A DNA stretch of 64,000 nt from a virus: IMG/VR virus record IMGVR_UViG_3300043778_000063, positions 8,707 through 72,706 of that record. One strand, given 5' to 3'. Under the pieces are notes generated by a model. It saw only the letters and a list, made by a program, of their open reading frames with translations, searched no databases and had not been told where the DNA came from. Positions 56,787-64,000 of the stretch are shown piece after piece (within the stretch, counting starts at the first letter, position 1; the number at the start of each line of letters is the position of its first letter). The translations under genes were made by a program, and so were the position numbers.

Positions 56787-56981
56787 TTAGCCGCCTCGAA
56801 GTGCCTGATCGACAACTTCGGGAGCGTACGCGATGATGGCGAGAAGGACTCTTGCATGCATCGTGGGTTCGCGACGATGCTGCTCCCATTCGCGTATCGT
56901 AGCCAGATTCAGGCTGAAGCGCTTCGCGAATTGCTCTTGCGTCAGATTGAGGGAAATTCGGATGGCGCGGGCGTCGATCAT
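56787..56981 (-). CDS. HigA-like HTH antitoxin (orphan)
   Basis: IDARAIR..LTQEQFAKRF..TIREWEQHRREP..ARVLL.II..PEVV. Confidence 0.85.
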   Translation of the reverse strand: MIDARAIRISLNLTQEQFAKRFSLNLATIREWEQHRREPTMHARVLLAIIAYAPEVVDQALRGG

Positions 56982-58249
56982 GTCGTCATGTCCATCATTG
57001 CCCGCTCGATCGCGGCCCACTGCAATTCGACGGCAGAATCCTCCACCTGGCATTCCGATCCGGCTCGACCATCGCCGACAATCGTTAAATGGTTGCCGGA
57101 CAGTTGCGTCATGATTCCGTCGAAAGGCTCTCCCTTGAAAACGCCCGGGGTCATCAACGGTACATAAAAATACCCGCAACTCAATTCCTTCATCTCCTCG
57201 GATTCGATGAGGTCGATTCCTTCTTGCGTCCAAACAACCAGGCTGTTTTGCAAGAACGGAGAATTGAATTTCGCATTCGTCCCGGTCGTCCCAATGATGT
57301 CGTTTTTTTTATGATCCTCTGCATTCACCGGCGTGTGCTTCTTGAGAAGTTGAATCCCATTGAAGGTTTCTGCCGCTTTTTCCAATTCTTCGCCCGGGCA
57401 ATAGAGATTGTAGATTTTGTCCGGATCCAATCCCAGCTTGTGGGTCTGGGTAGCGTCATCCCAGCCGGGAATTTCTCGACCGACATAGGGCCTGATCTGC
57501 TCTTTGCTCAGATTGGCAATGGCAACCCGCATGCGGCCATCACGGTCGAAGGATCTGACGCTGTCCCGGTCCATGGCGATGACGAACGCCGAATCAGTCG
57601 CGCCGAGCTTCTTTCCGGCCCCGCCGCAGTCCTCGCACTTGCAGCCAGGGCCTGCGAGCTCACCAGTCCCGCCGCAGGTCGGGCAAGCGTCTGCCGCACG
57701 GCCGCGTTCGGCCTCTTCATCGGCAAGTTTCGACCATGCAACCAGCCCGTCGCGCGCGCCGCCCAGGTCATCGCCAAGCTTGTTCTTAAGCATCGACTCG
57801 ACTGCGGGGTGGATCGGCCGCGGCAGCTCGCTCAGCGGAAACCAGCCAGCGCCGTTGTGCTCGTCGTTCAGTTGCGGCCAGAATTTCTTCGCTACTGATT
57901 GGGCGAAGGTGTGGAACGCCATCCCGGTCGGGGTCACCTTCTGATCGAGGACCTTGAAGCTCTTGGGGTCCGTGTCGACGCCCATCTCTTCCTTGGCCTC
58001 GCGCGCGGCGCCGGCCTCTGGTGTCTCGCCCTCCTCGACGCCGCCGCCTGGCAGCGACCAATGACCCACGAAATTGTCTTTCCCCGGCGTCCCGGTGCGC
58101 CGCAACAGCAGGATATCGCCGTCCGGTGCAACAAACAGCACGCCGGCCGCATGTTTTGTGATCCCAGATGCATCAAAAGCGGTCTTGCGGCGGAGGCCGG
58201 CGGGGATGGCAGCGTTCGGGGCGAGTGAGAGCATCATCGCCTCTATCAC
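56978..58249 (-). CDS. NUDIX hydrolase + CxxCxGxG finger + DUF2213 prohead protease fusion
   Basis: GGGVEEGETPEAGAAREAKEEMG Nudix box; CPTCGGTG/CEDCGGAG; PYVGREIP..ELSCGY..NHLTIV..GRAG. Confidence 0.88.
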   Translation of the reverse strand: MIEAMMLSLAPNAAIPAGLRRKTAFDASGITKHAAGVLFVAPDGDILLLRRTGTPGKDNFVGHWSLPGGGVEEGETPEAGAAREAKEEMGVDTDPKSFKVLDQKVTPTGMAFHTFAQSVAKKFWPQLNDEHNGAGWFPLSELPRPIHPAVESMLKNKLGDDLGGARDGLVAWSKLADEEAERGRAADACPTCGGTGELAGPGCKCEDCGGAGKKLGATDSAFVIAMDRDSVRSFDRDGRMRVAIANLSKEQIRPYVGREIPGWDDATQTHKLGLDPDKIYNLYCPGEELEKAAETFNGIQLLKKHTPVNAEDHKKNDIIGTTGTNAKFNSPFLQNSLVVWTQEGIDLIESEEMKELSCGYFYVPLMTPGVFKGEPFDGIMTQLSGNHLTIVGDGRAGSECQVEDSAVELQWAAIERAMMDMTT

Positions 58250-58270
58250 GGCGGCGAGGTTCCACGCAAG

Positions 58271-58299
58271 AAAAAGGCCCCGGGTTCAAAACCGAGGCC
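58271..58299 (-). terminator. Rho-independent terminator
   Basis: Minus strand GGCCTCGG..CCGGGGCC followed by TTTTT. Confidence 0.65.
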
Positions 58300-58454
58300 A
58301 AGGATCTCTGGCAGTCCAATCACCGAGCGCAGTCTACGCCGATCGGCCGAACAGCGCAATTCAGCAATTTTGGCAAATCGACCGCGGCCCCTTCGGGATC
58401 GGAGGAATGCAATCCGGCGCATCGCTTTGGGTGTCGATGCACTCCTGGCCGTTC

Positions 58455-58706
58455 TCAGCGAAAGGGATGGCTCAATCCGCCCAGCCCTCCCATGGCGCCG
58501 ACGAGGCATGACAGCAGCGCGAAGATGATGACGATGCAGATGATCGCGATCACGACCCAAATGACGATGTTGATGATCTGAACGACGAGCGGCGGCAAAT
58601 GAGCCATCAGGAAAGGCAGGAACAGCTTGATGATCGCCCACAGGCCCATGCAGATGACGACCAGGATGCACATACGCTCCATAAAATCGAGAGAGAAGCA
58701 GGACAT
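58455..58706 (-). CDS. Small two-TM membrane protein
   Basis: Two long hydrophobic helices; GGAGG RBS. Confidence 0.75.
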   Translation of the reverse strand: MSCFSLDFMERMCILVVICMGLWAIIKLFLPFLMAHLPPLVVQIINIVIWVVIAIICIVIIFALLSCLVGAMGGLGGLSHPFR

Positions 58707-58759
58707 AGCGTAGTCCTCCGGTGAACTGAGCCAATTCGCCGCAGGAACAAAAGTTCCCG

Positions 58760-59002
58760 TCAGTTCATCGATCGCTTCGTCGGCATCCAATCCTGAGCGC
58801 ATGGGACCGTCGCCTGAAACAATGCCTCGCGCGCCTCGGTCACCAAGCGCTGGATCTCGAGCAACCGCTCTCCGACCAAGGTCCGCGCCTGGAAGGCCGC
58901 CGCCTCGACCTCGTTCACGCCGGGTATCGTAGCGACGCGACACCAGAAGAAACCGGCATCCATCTGAGCGACTGGGATAGGGCATGTGGCTGGAGCGGTC
59001 AT
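58760..59002 (-). CDS. Hypothetical protein
   Basis: GGAGG RBS, coupled to upstream stop. Confidence 0.55.
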   Translation of the reverse strand: MTAPATCPIPVAQMDAGFFWCRVATIPGVNEVEAAAFQARTLVGERLLEIQRLVTEAREALFQATVPCAQDWMPTKRSMN

Positions 59003-59184
59003 AGCGGGTGCCTCCGTGCTTCTTCGGCGCGCCGGAACGCCACGTCTGCGACCGCTTCCCAAATGATGGCCTGATATTCCGGCGGCCAATTCTTGATAGT
59101 TCGCCCGAAGTCTGCAACGGCGATCTCAGCCATCGCCGCAATCTTCGTAGCCAATTCAACTGCCTGCGTCGCTTGATTTCTCAT
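58999..59184 (-). CDS. Hypothetical protein
   Basis: 61 aa, WPPEYQAIIWEAVA. Confidence 0.6.
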   Translation of the reverse strand: MRNQATQAVELATKIAAMAEIAVADFGRTIKNWPPEYQAIIWEAVADVAFRRAEEARRHPL

Positions 59185-59202
59185 TTTCTCATTGCCTGCT
59201 CA

Positions 59203-59424
59203 TTATCGCCACCTCCCTGGCCGTTCGAATTTGTCTTTGGCGGCATTGTCCAGCGCCCGCGGGGCCGACTTCGGGTGCCGCAGGTTACCGATCTCGGTTT
59301 CTCTGGCGATGATCGTCGCCTGCAGCGAGCCGACAGAGGCCTGAAGGCGCGCCACGGCCGCGCGGAGTTCCCGGTTCTCGACCTCCAGTTCTTCCCGGGC
59401 TTTGGGGTATCGGTCGTCGCTCAT
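59203..59424 (-). CDS. Coiled-coil small protein
   Basis: MSDDRYP.. coupled to upstream stop. Confidence 0.6.
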   Translation of the reverse strand: MSDDRYPKAREELEVENRELRAAVARLQASVGSLQATIIARETEIGNLRHPKSAPRALDNAAKDKFERPGRWR

Positions 59425-59807
59425 GTCATGCTCCCCGGCATGAAGCACCTGATTCCATACCCGTGCTTGGTGCCATCCCACATCGGAAATGGCCACACCA
59501 TGGTCCGACCGGCGCGGTTTGGTTCGGTGATTACCGCATCGGGCGGAACGTCGTACCAATCGCCATCAATGCGCACGCGATATTTCCCGTCCATGGAATC
59601 CCAGTCGACATCGGAAAGCGCGGTACCGTCTGCATCGCTGCAGCAGAGCCCCTTGCCGCTTGAGAGGTGGTCGAACCATGGCTTAAGTGGCGATCCGGCG
59701 TAGCGACCGTCATCGCGGGCCTGCGCGCGGTGGACATACGCCTCTACGAGGAAGATAGACAGGCACACCCACATGGTCGCCGCAACTGCTACTGCCATCT
59801 TGAACAT
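59421..59807 (-). CDS. Secreted Cys-containing protein
   Basis: Signal ..AQA|RD; WFDHL..CCSDADG..W.DVP..AVI..PN..IRCF.PG. Confidence 0.75.
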   Translation of the reverse strand: MFKMAVAVAATMWVCLSIFLVEAYVHRAQARDDGRYAGSPLKPWFDHLSSGKGLCCSDADGTALSDVDWDSMDGKYRVRIDGDWYDVPPDAVITEPNRAGRTMVWPFPMWDGTKHGYGIRCFMPGSMT

Positions 59808-59818
59808 CGAAAAACCTC

Positions 59819-60868
59819 CTATGAGAATCCAGGGACAACCGTGCGGCTCACACATCGGCAGTTAATGAGTTGGCCAGGCCAGATGAATCTCCGAACCTTG
59901 GGGTCGCTATCGAACCAGCCCTTGGCCGGGTCATAGGTCTTGCCGGAGTTGGCAAGATGCGTGGGCCGGGGTTCCTTCCCACCGTGCGAATGCAACCATA
60001 CAGCCTGGAGCCCTGCCTGAATTTGCCTGACCCGAATGAAGCTGCTCGTTGCTAGGTTGTTTTGGTGGTGCGCAATCAGGGCGGCCCGCCGGCGCGTGAC
60101 GCCAAACCGCTGCTCGAGCTCGCGGGTCAGGCCGCCGACGTCGCGGCCGGTCGAGACTGAGCGCATTACCATCCCGGTGATTTCGGAGTGATACTGCGAT
60201 CCGATTGATTTGATCAGGGACACATTTTCCGCGACCGTCGCGTTCATGACATCCCGCATCATTGGGGTCGTGTCGAACCGCACCGACATGCCGCCGTCCC
60301 GCAGCACTTTCTTGAGGCCGTCTTCGGACCGCTTGCCGGCGGTTTGCGCGAACCACCGGGCGAGCTTCGGTGCCGCCTCATCGAATCTGGCTTCCCACCG
60401 CGCACCGAGTTTGTCGATGGTCTCCTGCAGGTTCTGGGCGGGCGTGAACTCGACCGGCAGGTTCGCCAGCGACACCGGATCGAGGCGCCCACCGAGCGGC
60501 ACCGGCTTGGTCAGCACCATGTTCAGGCCGCTGCTGCGCAACCCCCCGGTCTCAGCCGCATCCCGGCTCCGGAACGTCCGCAGCGCGCCGCGGCGGTCCA
60601 TTAGCGGCCGCCCGTCGACGTAGGCCAGCCACACCACGTTTCGCGAGCCGATCTCGGCCTGCACCGCGGTCACGCGTGCCGGCGCGCCGGTGTCGGGTGC
60701 CTTGTCCTGGGCGATCTCGGGCTGATTCGCGCGGTAGGCCGCGGTCAGCCAGAATTCGTAGGATGCCTGCATGTCGGATATCAGGTCGTCGAGGCGGCGG
60801 CGGTACTCAACCGACACGCCGACATTGGGATGTACGGGCCGCAGTATTTTTCCCTTGGCTGCCCTCAC
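59819..60868 (-). CDS. Head morphogenesis/minor head protein (SPP1 gp7/MuF)
   Basis: ENVSLIKSI..RRAALIA..WLHS..PRPTH..PGQLINCRC; GTG start coupled to upstream stop. Confidence 0.9.
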   Translation of the reverse strand: MRAAKGKILRPVHPNVGVSVEYRRRLDDLISDMQASYEFWLTAAYRANQPEIAQDKAPDTGAPARVTAVQAEIGSRNVVWLAYVDGRPLMDRRGALRTFRSRDAAETGGLRSSGLNMVLTKPVPLGGRLDPVSLANLPVEFTPAQNLQETIDKLGARWEARFDEAAPKLARWFAQTAGKRSEDGLKKVLRDGGMSVRFDTTPMMRDVMNATVAENVSLIKSIGSQYHSEITGMVMRSVSTGRDVGGLTRELEQRFGVTRRRAALIAHHQNNLATSSFIRVRQIQAGLQAVWLHSHGGKEPRPTHLANSGKTYDPAKGWFDSDPKVRRFIWPGQLINCRCVSRTVVPGFS

Positions 60869-61206
60869 CTGACGGTGACCTCTACATTGTAGGTTGGAGG
60901 CAGGCCGCTCATTGCAGATTCTGCCGCGGCCTGAAGAATATCCCACCCGGAATTGGAGTGACGAATCGGCCCCTTGGTCTGCATGGCCTCAAAAAGCGCA
61001 TGCTGAAGGGCATTGTGAAGCCATTCGTGAGCTTCTTTGGCGGTCATTTGAGGTGGGATCATCTTCGTGCGGATGGTGGCCGATATTTGGCCCATCCGTA
61101 TCAATGAAGGCCTTGGCAGCTTCATCAACGAATCAGCCCGCACGATCGCAGGAGCCGCCAGAGTAGTAGCCAAGCCAGCGAGAAACTGGCGGCGGGGAAG
61201 GATCAT
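60865..61206 (-). CDS. Hypothetical protein with twin-arginine-like leader
   Basis: MILPRRQFLAGLATTLAAPAIVRA|DSLM; AGGAG RBS. Confidence 0.7.
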   Translation of the reverse strand: MILPRRQFLAGLATTLAAPAIVRADSLMKLPRPSLIRMGQISATIRTKMIPPQMTAKEAHEWLHNALQHALFEAMQTKGPIRHSNSGWDILQAAAESAMSGLPPTYNVEVTVR

Positions 61207-61372
61207 CGGCCAATCTCCTGCAATTTTCACCATGCCCTCCCGTAACAGATAGCCAGCGCCGCCGATATCATCGCGCCGCCAACAAGACAAATGATCAGCC
61301 AGCCGACGAACGCCGATAGACGAGGTGCTGAGCGGACTGGGGCGGGCTCGAATCGCTCTGGCGGCCAGTGTC

Positions 61373-61573
61373 TCACTTTTTGTCTCCATCGGCAGAGCGA
61401 AGTGCGGAAAGCGCCACTCGCTCAGCGAGCCATGGGAAGGTGTCGCTCAGTTCAGTCAGCAAATCTGCAGAGCGTTGCTGACCTAACGTTAGTCCGACCC
61501 TGCGAAACATGGTTTTTAGAACGCATATTCCGAGATATGCCGCGTAGATTGCATCTTTCTGTTCTTCGCTCAC
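61373..61573 (-). CDS. Hypothetical protein
   Basis: 66 aa, coupled to upstream gene. Confidence 0.6.
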   Translation of the reverse strand: MSEEQKDAIYAAYLGICVLKTMFRRVGLTLGQQRSADLLTELSDTFPWLAERVALSALRSADGDKK

Positions 61574-62649
61574 TTCCCATCCCCCTTGGTATCGGCGAGG
61601 GCGTAGATGGTCCGATATTCGAAGGAATCGGGATTATTGTGATCTGGTGTAACCCCGAACCATCCTCCTTCGCTACCTCTGAATTTCGCTTGTTTTCCCG
61701 CCTCGATCACCGCCACTCTGTCCACGTCTGTTGGCAGGAGTTTGATGACAGCATCAGCGGCATCCAATGCCAGATTTTGGGCTGCTTCCTCGGCGTTTTG
61801 ATAGCCGCGCCCGCCGCCAACCTTTCGGCAGCCAGTGAGCAGCACATCCTCGTCCCACTTGGCCCCTAGGTCTTCTCGCCAGTTTTCAATGAGTGCTTTG
61901 CGAATTGCCTGAGCGAGCGCCGCTCTGTCCACGGCGGGAGGGGCGGCGAGAATGGAAATCAGTTTCTTTTCGTCGGCTGTCTGAGGCAACGGAGAATGTT
62001 TTGGTTTCGATGCCTGCTTCGCCCGGATCTGATCAATCTTGGTCCAGACGCGCGCCAATTCGGTTTCGCCCCCCTGATGCATATCAAGATCGTTCGCCAA
62101 GCACAGCGCGGCCAATGTCACCATGACGCCGCCGATCTCCTGGTTGACCTCTCCCTGGTCACGGCCATAGACGTAATCGACAAGCTGATGTGCCTCACTG
62201 GCGGTGCATCCAAGAGCTTGTACGAGCTCAAGCGCCTCTTCAAGAAAGCGGTGATTGCGCTCGATGGTGTCGCGACAGACTTCCATGGAGAACGTAGCCA
62301 TCATCCAATCCTGAGCGCGACGCTGGAATGTTGGCGCATCAGCCGACATCTTCACCGCGGGAGGAGCAGCATCTCGCCTAACCATCCAATCCGGCATTGC
62401 ATTGGCCCGTTTAGCCGCAGAATCCAACGCCGGCTGCAACCAACCGGGTTCTGGAGCTGTCGGCAGAGCGGCGGCCGCCTTCACCGCATAGCTCAGCGCG
62501 TGCATGGCTTTGTGGATCTGGGGCGGGATGTCATGAACGCGTCCCATGATCTCAATCCCCGCCTTGAGATTGTCGTGCGCGTCTCGGATGGCGTCGGCCG
62601 GCCCGCTCGCCTGGCGCGAGGCCGCATCGTGGATTGCCGGGTCGGTCAT
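61570..62649 (-). CDS. Mosaic protein with MazG-like NTP pyrophosphohydrolase domain
   Basis: FQRR..W..F...ERNHRFLEEALELVQ...QEIGGVMVTLAALC. Confidence 0.7.
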   Translation of the reverse strand: MTDPAIHDAASRQASGPADAIRDAHDNLKAGIEIMGRVHDIPPQIHKAMHALSYAVKAAAALPTAPEPGWLQPALDSAAKRANAMPDWMVRRDAAPPAVKMSADAPTFQRRAQDWMMATFSMEVCRDTIERNHRFLEEALELVQALGCTASEAHQLVDYVYGRDQGEVNQEIGGVMVTLAALCLANDLDMHQGGETELARVWTKIDQIRAKQASKPKHSPLPQTADEKKLISILAAPPAVDRAALAQAIRKALIENWREDLGAKWDEDVLLTGCRKVGGGRGYQNAEEAAQNLALDAADAVIKLLPTDVDRVAVIEAGKQAKFRGSEGGWFGVTPDHNNPDSFEYRTIYALADTKGDGK

Positions 62650-62733
62650 TGGAACCTCCATTCGGTCATTATCGCTGTTCCGCCCATATTGCACAATCGG
62701 GGATAAATATCTACGATTTATTGATGCGACCTA

Positions 62734-62761
62734 TTGACGTATTCTCGGAAGGGCGTATGGT
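62734..62761 (+). promoter_or_regulatory. sigma70-type promoter for plus-strand accessory genes
   Basis: TTGACG-16-TATGGT with AT-rich upstream tract. Confidence 0.55.
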
Positions 62762-62788
62762 TCGGTCATCGGCAAACGGAGAAATCAG

Positions 62789-62989
62789 ATGTCCCACGGT
62801 TCCCAAGTTTACAATCGATGCATCGCTCATCTGGCCTTCAAGGCCGGTGGTGCGGCTTTCTGCAAATCGCAAGGTCATATCAGCATCATTCCGGCCGACG
62901 CGCACAAATGGCAGGTTTGCAAGCGCTGCGAGGCCAAATATCGGAAGATGCAAGAGGCAACCGCGAGGAGGGAGGCGAGAGCCTCCTAA
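62789..62989 (+). CDS. Small Cys/His protein
   Basis: GGAG RBS; H..C...CKRC. Confidence 0.6.
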   Translation: MSHGSQVYNRCIAHLAFKAGGAAFCKSQGHISIIPADAHKWQVCKRCEAKYRKMQEATARREARAS

Positions 62990-63078
62990 CTCCACATGGA
63001 CCTCCTCGCCGCCTCCGTCACCGTCGCAATGCTCTATGCCATCTTCATGCTGGTAACAGCGAACTGAAGGATCACACC

Positions 63079-63387
63079 ATGACCAAATTCTACGCCAATA
63101 TCCGCGGTGAAATGCACCAAGGAGATCTGAAGTGGCTATCGGAATGCTACTGCGAGATCCGAGACGAGAGCGGCGAGGGCTGTTCCACTTTCCGCCCCGT
63201 CAACGTCTACATCTCCGGCACCACTGAGGCCATCGGGCACATCTCCTATAACGGCCGCATCTGGGATCAGCCACTCAGCAACAAGTTCGACGCCTTCACG
63301 GGCTTCTTGGATACCAGCAAGCTTCTGTATGACAATCGCTTGCTGCCCGTCCCGCCCGCCTCGGTCCTCACCGAGATCCTGGGCTAA
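63079..63387 (+). CDS. Hypothetical protein
   Basis: AAGGA RBS; IRDESGEG..GHISYNGRIW. Confidence 0.7.
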   Translation: MTKFYANIRGEMHQGDLKWLSECYCEIRDESGEGCSTFRPVNVYISGTTEAIGHISYNGRIWDQPLSNKFDAFTGFLDTSKLLYDNRLLPVPPASVLTEILG

Positions 63388-63459
63388 CCCGCTCTCCCGC
63401 AGACTGGCGCGCCAATGCACCATTTTCTTCAACCCATCTACAAAATCACGGAGGCTACA

Positions 63460-64000
63460 ATGATTGACCTTGCTACCATCCCCGCCGAGCGTCTCGAAAT
63501 GCTCGATACTGCGCCGCTATTTCATGGCTCACACGGCGGCGGTACCGGCGGTCCGGACTGCCAGCACTGCGCCCGCGAACTGCTATTCGAAGTGGTGACC
63601 GGCAAGCATGAGGATGCCACGCCGCCCGGCTGCTCGCGCTGGATAGACACTCTCCCGCAACTCAATGACGGTCCATGGCGCAATGAAGAGCACCGGACCG
63701 GCGTGATGCGTCCGTATCTGCGCAAGATGCTATTGCTTGATCCTGCTCGGGATATTGATCGGATCTGGCCAGTTACGGATTACTCATTGCGCATAATGGC
63801 GGCGGAAGTCTGCGATTTTCTGAAGTTAGATGAGCATGCGATGGCACTGCGGGATCTGGCCCCGATTGTCGATCAAGCATCTCTGAGGCTCGCAGAGCCG
63901 GTCCTGGAGAAGGCCAACAAGGCCGACCTCGCCCTCGCCCGCGCCCTCGCCCTCGCCCGCGACCTCGCCCTCGCCCTCGCCCGCGCCCTCGCCCTCGCCC
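63460..64000 (+). CDS. Hypothetical protein with Ala-Leu-Ala-Arg repeats (runs off window)
   Basis: GGAGG RBS; open from ATG 63460 to window end: LFHGSH..C..D.P..C..LND then DLALARALALAR. Confidence 0.75.
   Translation, partial: MIDLATIPAERLEMLDTAPLFHGSHGGGTGGPDCQHCARELLFEVVTGKHEDATPPGCSRWIDTLPQLNDGPWRNEEHRTGVMRPYLRKMLLLDPARDIDRIWPVTDYSLRIMAAEVCDFLKLDEHAMALRDLAPIVDQASLRLAEPVLEKANKADLALARALALARDLALALARALALA
63925..64000 (+). repeat. Hexamer tandem repeat GCCCTC/GCCCGC/GACCTC
   Basis: At least 12 consecutive hexamer units to window end. Confidence 0.9.

Larger units (their letters stand above)
1..64000. mobile_element. Tailed bacteriophage/prophage genome segment (myovirus, Bcep781-like structural module; probable Rhizobiales/Bradyrhizobiaceae host)
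   Basis: Contiguous capsid, neck, sheath, tube, tape measure, baseplate, fibre and lysis genes plus lambdoid-like replication/recombination genes; no host housekeeping genes; no ends or att sites seen. Confidence 0.95.

Noticed and set aside
1-64000. tRNA, rRNA, integrase or att sites
   Set aside because: None recognised by eye; tRNAscan-SE/ARAGORN would be needed to exclude tRNAs

Overview
The whole window is one tailed-phage genome segment (high GC, about 60-65% by eye). It is a contractile-tailed (myovirus) phage or prophage with a Bcep781/Obolenskvirus-type morphogenesis module: DUF2213 protease, DUF2184 capsid, DUF4054 adaptor, DUF3383 sheath, Gp138 spike, baseplate J and DUF2612. The host is probably a Bradyrhizobium/Rhodopseudomonas-like alphaproteobacterium, judged from an ADMAVKAP-type outer-membrane protein, a GapR-like gene and an alpha-type Cro. 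Layout: 1-13.0 kb (-) replication, DNA modification and small terminase; 13.1-23.8 kb (+) early recombination/accessory genes; 23.8-62.7 kb (-) head, tail and lysis genes; 62.8-64 kb (+) accessory genes. No large terminase, portal, integrase or CI repressor is visible in the window. Main unusual observations: (1) the tail fibres, a probable fibre chaperone and several appendage/esterase genes all start with Sec-type signal peptides and mostly carry paired cysteines, suggesting periplasmic folding of virion adsorption parts; (2) one ~65-aa Thr/Gly-rich beta domain is inserted 9 times into 5 different structural proteins; (3) a DNA-modification set (DpdA/TGT-like, PAPS-reductase-like Fe-S protein, two MTases, radical SAM, DUF1643) partly carrying beta-clamp motifs; (4) a NUDIX-protease fusion bracketed by A-x-D putative maturation sites; (5) an ATC start codon, a -1 frameshift, iterons and a candidate antisense RNA. 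All family assignments come from motif recognition by eye, not from database searches.
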